A stretch of 64,000 nt of DNA from Acidobacteriota bacterium (GTDB taxonomy: Bacteria; Acidobacteriota; UBA890; WLXD01), in assembly GCA_965197275.1 (NCBI GenBank), contig CBDAMQ010000024.1, forward strand, positions 46,393 to 110,392, read 5' to 3'. A program made the translations under genes and the position numbers. Shown in pieces: positions 57,817 to 64,000 of the stretch. Under the pieces are notes generated by a model, which was not told the DNA's origin, made no database searches, and saw only the letters and a list, made by a program, of their open reading frames with translations. Every line of letters begins with the position of its first letter. The first letter of the stretch is position 1.

Positions 57817-58094
57817 CTAGTGGCCTGTAACAGATGAACGTTGCCTATCGCAGATGGGATTTGCGGGTGAGATCCAGGCGCGGGGAGGAGGGCGATGCAG
57901 TGAGCATCGTCGAGGAGGCGCAACGCCGATATCGCCCGCAACTGCCCATCTGTCCGCAGGATGGCGGCGAAATCGACCCGTCTGCGGCGTTGCGTCTCCT
58001 CCAAGATGTGCCAACATCGTCTCGTCGGTGCGCCTGGCATCCGGGCCCATTTCGCCACCACGATAGGCAACGTTCATCTGTTACAGGCCACTAG
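57817..58094 (-). mobile_element. MITE-like element, copy 2 (270-bp core 57821..58090), inverted relative to copy 1
   Basis: TGGCCTGTAACAGATGAACGTTGCCTATCG at 57821..57850 is the exact reverse complement of 58061..58090 (30 of 30). CTAG flanks both sides (57817..57820 and 58091..58094). The element starts 6 nt after the fumC stop codon. Confidence 0.8.
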
Positions 58095-58278
58095 GCGCCT
58101 CAGTCAACGCAGGATCGATACCACCCGCAGGCGAGACAAATCTGCTTGCAGTGTTGCTCGTGAAGCGCCGGTAACGTGCACCACGGGCAGCGGCCCGAGC
58201 TGTTCACCGACGGATGCGTCTGCCAGTCGTAGCTGTCCTCAGCCTTCGCCGGCTCGACGGCCTCCGACTCCGAGGCGG

Positions 58279-58955
58279 TCACCACGGCAGGGCTTGCCAG
58301 GTGAAGTCGAAGAAACCGCCGCTGGAGTCCGGACCCAGCCCGTCGATCAGTCGCACGAGCCCGGCGACGCTTTCGCGCACTGGCGTCGGAGCGGCCGAGC
58401 CGCCCATGCTCGTCTGTACCCATCCTGGGTGCAGCACCGCGCAGGTGAATCCCTCGGCCGCCAGATCGACCGAGAGGCTGCGATTGAGCATGTTGAGCGC
58501 CGCTTTGCTCGCCCGATAGCCATACGAGCCGCCGCTCGTATTGTCGGTGACGCTGCCCATCAGACTGGTGATCTGCATCACCTTGCGCGTTTGGCCGCGA
58601 CGCAAGTGCGGTAGCAACGCCTCGGTGAGTCGCAGCGCCCCGAGCGCATTGGTGTCGAAGAAATCCATCAGCCGGTCGTAATCGAGCGTGCCGAGTTGCC
58701 CACCCCGCACGCCGATACCGGCGTTGTTTATCAGCACGTCCAGGGCGGTGTGTTCCAGGGCTGCAACGAGCCTGCGGTCTGATCGGCGCTGGTCACATCG
58801 AGCCTCTCGACTCGCACGTCGAGATCGCGGAGCTTGTCGGCGGCATCCGGATTGCGTGTCGTAGCAATGACGCGATCGCCTCTCATCGACATCTGACGAG
58901 CGAGCTCGAGCCCGATGCCGCGATTGGCGCCGGTGATTAGAACATCGAGTGCCAT
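58279..58955 (-). pseudogene. SDR family oxidoreductase (CsgA/sniffer-like) with a 1-nt frameshift near 58777
   Basis: The N-terminal part (MALDVLITGANRGIGLELARQM...VERLDVTSADQ) then goes out of frame. The other frame continues RRLVAALEHTALDVLINNAGI...YRASKAALN...LHPGWVQTSMGG. One missing base at about 58776..58778 would join them. Confidence 0.75.
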
Positions 58956-59064
58956 GCGAACCCTCTCAAGACCTGATCGCACTGCGAAGTCGGCCACCGC
59001 CCCCCTCACGCGAACACCAGTCTATTGCGCCCCTTCTGGCGACACTAGCGGCGCGCGTCGATGG

Positions 59065-60186
59065 TCACTCCACAGGCTCGAACAGCCGCATCTGCGGTAG
59101 TCTGCTGGCCGCTGGATCTGGGTGACTGTTCAGCTCATCGAGACGTCCGAGGTTCGCGACCCCGAGCCCGATCAAACGGATGCCGGCGCCGCGGCGCAGC
59201 TCGACGCGACGCGCCAACCCACGCGCGATGGCTCGCAGCTCGTCCGTATCGCGTACCGGATGGCCTGGTGTGTGCGATCGCGTCACGGTGCGGAAATCGT
59301 GGAAGCGAACCTTCAGCACCACGGTGCGCGCCCAAAGATCTCGCCGTTCGAGCGCGGCGCACAGCCGCTTGGCGAAGTCCCGGACTCGTGGTGCTGCCTC
59401 CCTCCAGCTGCGGATGTCGCGGTCGAACGTAGTTTCTGCCGAGATTGATTTCGGCTGCCCCGGTTTGCTGACCGGGCGCTCATCGATGCCGTTTGCCAGC
59501 TCGGCGATGCGGGCGCCGGCCTTGCCCAGCAGCTCGCGTAGCTGCTCCGGATCGGCAGTCGCCAGGTCGCCAATGCGCGGCAGTCCAGCGGCTCGCAGTC
59601 GGGCGGCGGTCGACGGGCCGATGCCCCAGATGCGATCGACGTCGAGGGGAGCGAGGAAGCCGACGGCATCGGCGGCGGCGATGGCGGTCAGGCCGTCGGG
59701 TTTCTCGTAGTCGGATGCCAGCTTGGCGAGGAACTTGTTGGCCGCTACTCCGGCGGACACGGTGAGCCCGACACGTGTCCTCACCTGCCGGCGGATCCTG
59801 GTGGCGATATCGATGCCGCTCTCCGATCGCTTCGACACGTCGAGGAAGGCCTCGTCGAGCGATAGCGGTTGCACCAGGTCGGTCCACTCCCGATAAACCT
59901 CGAACACTCTTTGTGACAGTTCGCGATAACGATCGAAGCGGGGGCGAAGGTAGATACCATCAGGGCAGCGGCGACGGGCGATGGCCATCGGAAGTGCCGA
60001 ATGGACTCCGAAGGCGCGCGCCTCATAGGAGGCGGAGGCGACGACACCGCGGGGGCCGAGGCCGCCGACGATGACCGGCTTGCCGCCGAGCTCGAGATTA
60101 TCGAGAACCTCGACGGAGGGGTAGAAGGCATCCAGGTCCAGGTGCAGGATCTTTCTCGACATGGCCATCGCCATCGTACCAACCAC
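59065..60186 (-). CDS. dinB: DNA polymerase IV (Y-family)
   Basis: ILHLDLDAFYPSVE, SLDEAFLDV and SAGVAANKFLAKLASD motifs. Several in-frame ATGs lie near 60162..60186. Confidence 0.9.
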   Translation of the reverse strand: MVGTMAMAMSRKILHLDLDAFYPSVEVLDNLELGGKPVIVGGLGPRGVVASASYEARAFGVHSALPMAIARRRCPDGIYLRPRFDRYRELSQRVFEVYREWTDLVQPLSLDEAFLDVSKRSESGIDIATRIRRQVRTRVGLTVSAGVAANKFLAKLASDYEKPDGLTAIAAADAVGFLAPLDVDRIWGIGPSTAARLRAAGLPRIGDLATADPEQLRELLGKAGARIAELANGIDERPVSKPGQPKSISAETTFDRDIRSWREAAPRVRDFAKRLCAALERRDLWARTVVLKVRFHDFRTVTRSHTPGHPVRDTDELRAIARGLARRVELRRGAGIRLIGLGVANLGRLDELNSHPDPAASRLPQMRLFEPVE

Positions 60187-60197
60187 CGGACCCCGAG

Positions 60198-60370
60198 ATG
60201 ATGAATCTGGACGACCTCCCGACGCCAGAGCTGATCGTCGACCTCGACAAGCTGGAGCGCAACATCAACGCAATGGCAGTGTGCGCCGAGCGGCTGGGTG
60301 TAGTGCTGCGCCCCCACGTAAGAACGCACAAGTGTCTGGAGATCGGGTGGCTTCAGGTAGGGGCAGGTTC
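60198..60370 (+). pseudogene. 5-prime fragment (about 50 codons) of a D-threonine aldolase / D-serine dehydratase-like (alanine-racemase-N fold) gene
   Basis: MMNLDDLPTPELIVDLDKLERNINAMAVCAERLGVVLRPHVRTHKCLEIG matches the family N-terminus, including the PLP-lysine context (THK). The similarity is lost after about 60360, and the space where the rest should lie is occupied by the convergent GGDEF-EAL gene. Confidence 0.45.
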
Positions 60371-60455
60371 GCGGTCAGCGCGTCGTCGATCGTTGGCGAG
60401 TATGGATCGGTCGCTAGCTCCACGCAGCAGTGGTGCGCGATCACGCTCTCACGAT

Positions 60456-62582
60456 TCAGGATGCAAGCGGTAGGCTGACACTGGTGCCGAACAGCTGAGC
60501 TACCAGTTTATCTAACGGCTGGGGGCGTCCCAGCAGGTAGCCCTGTACTTCGTCACAGGCGCGTTCGCTGAGGAAGCTGAGCTGCTCGGGAAGCTCCACG
60601 CCCTCGGCGGTTACTTGCATATTCAACCCGGCGCCCATCGAGATGATCGCGGTGACCATGCTCGCGTTCTCGGGGTGAACGGTCAGGTTCTTGACGAAGG
60701 AACGGTCGATCTTGATTCGATCGATGGGAAACTGCTTCAAGATGCTCAGCGACGAGTAGCCGGTACCGAAGTCGTCGAGTGCGATGCTGACCCCCAGCTC
60801 CTTGAGCTTTCCCACCGCGTCATGGACGTGGAAGGCGTCGCCGATCAGTAGGCTCTCGGTGAGCTCCAGCTCGAGCATCTGCGCCGGAAAGCCGGTGCCG
60901 CGTAGTACCGATCGAATGCGCGCTACGAGATCACCACGCCGCAGCTGAAGCGCCGAGATGTTGACGGCTACTCTCAACGGTGGAGCCCCGGCGTCGAAAA
61001 GCGCCTGCCAATCGGCGCAGGCCTGCTGCAACACCCAATCACCGATGGCCAAGATCAAGGTGCTGTCCTCGGCGATCGGTAGGAACTCTGCGGGCGAGAC
61101 TACTCCATGGTCCGGGCCGTTCCACCTCAGCAGCGCCTCGACACCGGTAAGGTCACCGTCGCCGGCCGAGAATAGCGGCTGGTAGTGGAGAGCGAACTCG
61201 TTGTTGTCGAGGGCTCGATGCAAAGCCTGCTCGACGGAGAGCCGGCGTTGCGCTTTGTCGTCGATCTCCTGGCTGAAGAAGCTGAAGTCCTTACCACCAC
61301 GCTCCTTGGCCTCGTACATCGCTGCGTCGGCGTGCTTGAGCAGGGTCTCGGAATCAGTGCCGTCGCGCGGAGACAGAGATATCCCGACGCTCGGAGTCAC
61401 CCGGAGATCGTCGTAGTCGCCGATGGTGAACGGGAACGCGAACAGCTCCTGGATCCGCCGAGCCACCAGTTCCGCGTCGTCTTCGCTGCGCATTGACTCG
61501 AGCAGGATGACGAACTCGTCGCCGCCGAAGCGAGCCACTGTCGGCTGGGTCTCTTCGCTGAACCTGGCGACCGTGTCCACGTCGCGCACGCAGCCGATGA
61601 GGCGTTTGGCGGCTTCGGCGAGCAACTCGTCGCCCGCCGAGTGGCCGAGAGTGTCGTTGACCTGCTTGAAACGGTCGAGGTCCAGGAACAGGCAGGCAAG
61701 AGGTTCCTCTTCGCGACGGGCTCGGTAAAGCGCCTGCTGGAAACGGTCGTCGAGCAGCCGTCGATTCGGCAACCCGGTGAGGGCGTCGGAGTTGGCTAGG
61801 CGTTCGATACGCTCCTCGCTCTTGCGACGAGCGGTGACGTCCTGACAGGTGGCGATCAGCTTCAGCTTGCGGCTACGGTCGTCCCGGATCATCTCGCCAC
61901 GCTCGATGACGAACGGCGGGTCATCGAAGCGATCGTAGAATCGATACTGGACGTTGTAGGCGCGGCCAAGCTCGCGCGCCTGAGTGCGCGCCGCTATCAG
62001 CTCCGCACGGTCGCTGGAAAGCACCCGCTTCATGAACTCGTGCTCCGGGCATGTGCCCGGTTTCCAGGGGAGCCTCAGCAGATCTCTGGAACGCCGGGAG
62101 AAAACCATTCCCGTCTCGGCTCCGGCGGGTGATTCCCAGTACGCCAGGCCGGCGTCCTCGAGCATCCTCTCGTAGAGTTGCATGCGACCGCTGTCATGAG
62201 CAGCGCGCAACATGTACCGGACACGTTCCCCGAGAATCGTCCAGTTCACCGGCTTGGGGCAGAAGTCCGTAGCGCCTGATTCATAGGCGCTCCCGATCGA
62301 ATCCATATCATCCAGTCCGGTCAGCATCATGACTGGAATGCGCGAGTGATTCTTGGACGCCCGCAAGCGGCGGCAGACCTCGAACCCGTCCATGCCGGGC
62401 ATCATGACGTCGAGGAGCACTAGCCACGGGTAATGATCGTCGAGTGCGTCGAGCGTCGTCGGTCCGTCGTCGGCCTCCTCCACTCGCATGCCCAGCTTTT
62501 CCAGTATCGTCCGCGCGGTAACGCGGATCATCGGGTCGTCGTCGGCCACCAGGATGATCGGGGTCGTCTCGTCTTGGCTCAT
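60456..62582 (-). CDS. Response-regulator receiver / PAS-like / GGDEF / EAL protein (c-di-GMP turnover)
   Basis: GGAGGA lies 6 nt before the ATG at 62582. REC (ILVADDDPMIRV...LVLLDVMMPGMDGFEV), GGDEF (RFGGDEFVILL), and EAL (EALLRW, DDFGTGYSSL, KIDRSFV). Confidence 0.9.
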   Translation of the reverse strand: MSQDETTPIILVADDDPMIRVTARTILEKLGMRVEEADDGPTTLDALDDHYPWLVLLDVMMPGMDGFEVCRRLRASKNHSRIPVMMLTGLDDMDSIGSAYESGATDFCPKPVNWTILGERVRYMLRAAHDSGRMQLYERMLEDAGLAYWESPAGAETGMVFSRRSRDLLRLPWKPGTCPEHEFMKRVLSSDRAELIAARTQARELGRAYNVQYRFYDRFDDPPFVIERGEMIRDDRSRKLKLIATCQDVTARRKSEERIERLANSDALTGLPNRRLLDDRFQQALYRARREEEPLACLFLDLDRFKQVNDTLGHSAGDELLAEAAKRLIGCVRDVDTVARFSEETQPTVARFGGDEFVILLESMRSEDDAELVARRIQELFAFPFTIGDYDDLRVTPSVGISLSPRDGTDSETLLKHADAAMYEAKERGGKDFSFFSQEIDDKAQRRLSVEQALHRALDNNEFALHYQPLFSAGDGDLTGVEALLRWNGPDHGVVSPAEFLPIAEDSTLILAIGDWVLQQACADWQALFDAGAPPLRVAVNISALQLRRGDLVARIRSVLRGTGFPAQMLELELTESLLIGDAFHVHDAVGKLKELGVSIALDDFGTGYSSLSILKQFPIDRIKIDRSFVKNLTVHPENASMVTAIISMGAGLNMQVTAEGVELPEQLSFLSERACDEVQGYLLGRPQPLDKLVAQLFGTSVSLPLAS

Positions 62583-62746
62583 CCGATCCTCCGGGACGAA
62601 GACGAAGTGGACGACCACCGGCTATGAACCTGGGTGGCGCTCGGCTCGGTCATCATGTCGCGGTCCTCGGTGGCTATCTGTCGTGTGCCGGCGTGTGTGC
62701 CAGTCGGTGGAGCAGGCAGCGAGCGATGCGGACACTGCGCTCGCGG

Positions 62747-62850
62747 TTTAAAGCGCTTCTAGAAGTATTTCTAATTTTTAATAACTTTTAATGCGCTATA
62801 CAAATAGTTTTATATGTATATATAACTAACAATGATTAAAAGAGGCCCTT
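62747..62850. other. Short, extremely AT-rich island in an otherwise high-GC intergenic region
   Basis: TTTAAAGCGCTTCTAGAAGTATTTCTAATTTTTAATAACTTTTAATGCGCTATACAAATAGTTTTATATGTATATATAACTAACAATGATTAAAAG. My hand count over 62757..62843 gives about 17 G/C in 87 nt (roughly 20%). It contains the palindrome TTCTAGAA, a TATATGTATATATA run, and two TTAA(A/T)GCGCT repeats. A GC-rich hairpin (GCGAGCG-N12-CGCTCGC, 62719..62744) abuts it. Confidence 0.8.
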
Positions 62851-62962
62851 CATGGCAAGCAAATACCGCCAGCCCGCGAGAATTAACACCACGAGAGCGT
62901 CACAGATTTCCTCGGGGCGCCCGCATTTCAGCTTAGCGACGACACCTGCGGACCGAGATTGG

Positions 62963-63361
62963 CTACAGCGCTATGCGACTGTTCTGCAGGAGCGCCACCA
63001 CCCGTGCGTTCGGTGGCGGGACCGTGTAGTCGCCCAGCTCCGCCATCGGTACCCACCGCAGCTGACGGTGCACGCGCGGCTCCGGCGTGCCGGTGATTGC
63101 CGCCTCGAAGAATCGCAGCCGGACGCGCTTCTCGGGATAGTCATGGCGCGCCTCCGCGATCTGGTTGCCGACGCGCGACGCTACGCCGAGCTCTTCCTGA
63201 AGCTCACGCAGCAGCGCCATCGCCGGCGTCTCGCCGGCCTCGATCTTGCCGCCGGGGAATTCCCACATCAGCGGCAGGTGATCGCCGTCGTGACGCTGAC
63301 ACAGCAACACGCGATCGCCGCGCCTGACCACCGCCGCGACGACCTCGATCGCGGTGCTCAC
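62963..63361 (-). CDS. mutT: NUDIX hydrolase, MutT-like 8-oxo-dGTP diphosphatase
   Basis: 132 aa. Nudix box GGKIEAGETPAMALLRELQEELG. Confidence 0.8.
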   Translation of the reverse strand: MSTAIEVVAAVVRRGDRVLLCQRHDGDHLPLMWEFPGGKIEAGETPAMALLRELQEELGVASRVGNQIAEARHDYPEKRVRLRFFEAAITGTPEPRVHRQLRWVPMAELGDYTVPPPNARVVALLQNSRIAL

Positions 63362-63819
63362 TCGAGGTCGCCGTCCTCGCCCGGAGGTGTTGTCGCGAGC
63401 TGCGCACCGACGGCTCGACAGCGTTTACCGACCTGCGCCAGCTTGGCGGCGTGGGCGCGGGCGCCGTCGAGGTAAATGGCATCCGTTGGACCGGTGCCGG
63501 CCTTGACCTCCTCGAGGTTGTCGGCCAGCAGGAAAGCCGACCGTTCCGCATCCGTGGCGATGTCATCGAGCCGCGCCGTAGCCTGACCGAGCTGGTCGTG
63601 TCGCGTCTGCAGCAGGTCTAGAGTCGCTGCCCAGTGGCTGCGAAAATACAGCGTTGCCGCAGCCCAGAAGATCAGCGCTCCGAGTCCCAGGCGTGCCCAG
63701 GGAAGCGGCAGCAAGCCGGACAGAAAGCCAACTGCCAGTCGATCGATGCCCAGAATCGGCACCACCACGGCCAGAGCAGCCCCCACCAGCAGCCAGCCGT
63801 AACCCTGCAAGTTGCTCAT
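63358..63819 (-). CDS. Hypothetical membrane protein (two or three TM segments plus a helical C-terminal domain)
   Basis: From the ATG at 63819: MSNLQGYGWLLVGAALAVVVPILGIDRLAVGFLSGLLPLPWARLGLGALIFWAAATLYF. Its stop overlaps the mutT start by 4 nt. Confidence 0.5.
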   Translation of the reverse strand: MSNLQGYGWLLVGAALAVVVPILGIDRLAVGFLSGLLPLPWARLGLGALIFWAAATLYFRSHWAATLDLLQTRHDQLGQATARLDDIATDAERSAFLLADNLEEVKAGTGPTDAIYLDGARAHAAKLAQVGKRCRAVGAQLATTPPGEDGDLE

Positions 63820-63895
63820 CGTCGGTTTCCCGGGAGCGCGGATGCTACCACGGCGTGATTGACCCGCCGCGCAACACCAGGCTAGCCTGTGCCTC

Positions 63896-64000
63896 ATGCT
63901 GGACCCTGCCCCCGCCGACGCCCCTATTACAGATGGATACGGACGCCCGGCTATTGCCGATAGCTACGGACGCCCGGTCGGTGATCTCCGTCTGTCGGTG
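63896..64000 (+). CDS. moaA: GTP 3',8-cyclase (molybdenum cofactor biosynthesis A), 5-prime end only
   Basis: Hand translation from the ATG at 63896 gives MLDPAPADAPITDGYGRPAIADSYGRPVGDLRLSV. The D.YGR....LR(L/I)SV motif is the conserved lead-in to the radical-SAM CxxxCxxC motif of MoaA. The frame runs off the right edge. Confidence 0.65.
   Translation, partial: MLDPAPADAPITDGYGRPAIADSYGRPVGDLRLSV

Noticed and set aside
62747-62850. Possible XerC/XerD dif site in the AT-rich island
   Set aside because: Fragments such as GCTTCTAGAA and TGCGCTATA faintly recall XerC-arm sequences. I could not find the conserved XerD arm (TTATGTTAAAT or TTATGTAAACT) or a clean 11-6-11 layout on either strand. 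Not supported, but a profile search would be cheap.
62852-62962. Structured ncRNA, riboswitch or small protein between the AT-rich island and mutT
   Set aside because: There is a decent RBS plus ATG at 62852 and a 34-codon ORF from 62832. I could not match either to any RNA family core (c-di-GMP, SRP, 6S, tmRNA) or any protein family, and no convincing hairpin terminator is present. Left as part of the AT-island finding rather than called as a feature.
63915-63965. Similarity of CCTATTACAGATGGATACGG in moaA to the MITE terminus CCTGTAACAGATGAACGTT
   Set aside because: The match is only about 12 of 15 positions, it lies inside a coding region with a sensible MoaA N-terminus, and there is no partner repeat. 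Most likely chance.

Overview
High-GC (about two-thirds G+C by eye) bacterial chromosomal window, densely coding on both strands. I found no rRNA, tRNA or CRISPR array. The gene content (CarboxypepD_reg-type TonB-dependent-like receptor, TPR plus CRTAC1/ASPIC pairs, many exported amidohydrolases) fits a Gemmatimonadota- or Acidobacteriota-like organism, but that is only a guess. Recognisable blocks: (1) 1-16.7 kb, a cluster of signal-peptide or Tat-bearing hydrolases and oxidases next to a TonB-dependent-like outer-membrane receptor; (2) TPR and sulfatase-like-TPR genes; (3) GST, a DUF481 OMP and a large GT-C-like membrane protein; (4) the pyruvate dehydrogenase operon aceE-aceF-lpdA; (5) an ECF sigma/anti-sigma pair, Crp and IMPase; (6) MFS, a fused membrane/spermidine-synthase-like protein, a dehydratase and an MSOX-like oxidase; (7) BlaI with a BlaR1(M56)-HEAT sensor; (8) a cyanophycin operon: cyanophycinase, cphA, and a shortened cphA paralogue lacking the ATP-grasp domain; (9) envelope genes (RDD, Pal, BON, a coiled-coil protein); (10) fumC, SDR, dinB, an REC-GGDEF-EAL regulator, mutT and the start of moaA. 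I did not find a clear novel multi-gene system such as a defence system. The most unusual signals: (a) an unannotated ~270-bp MITE-like element with 30-bp terminal inverted repeats flanked by CTAG, present as two full copies in opposite orientation 22 kb apart plus one solo end, all abutting stop codons; (b) a ~90-nt island of roughly 20% G+C upstream of the GGDEF-EAL gene, which itself seems to have replaced most of a D-threonine-aldolase-like gene; (c) the N-plus-M-domain-only cyanophycin synthetase paralogue; (d) tandem 34-36-bp duplications of the last 12 codons of a TPR gene; (e) three single-nucleotide frameshifts in otherwise intact genes, which are either sequence errors or pseudogenes. 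The many long ORFs in the track are antisense shadows typical of high-GC DNA and are rejected.
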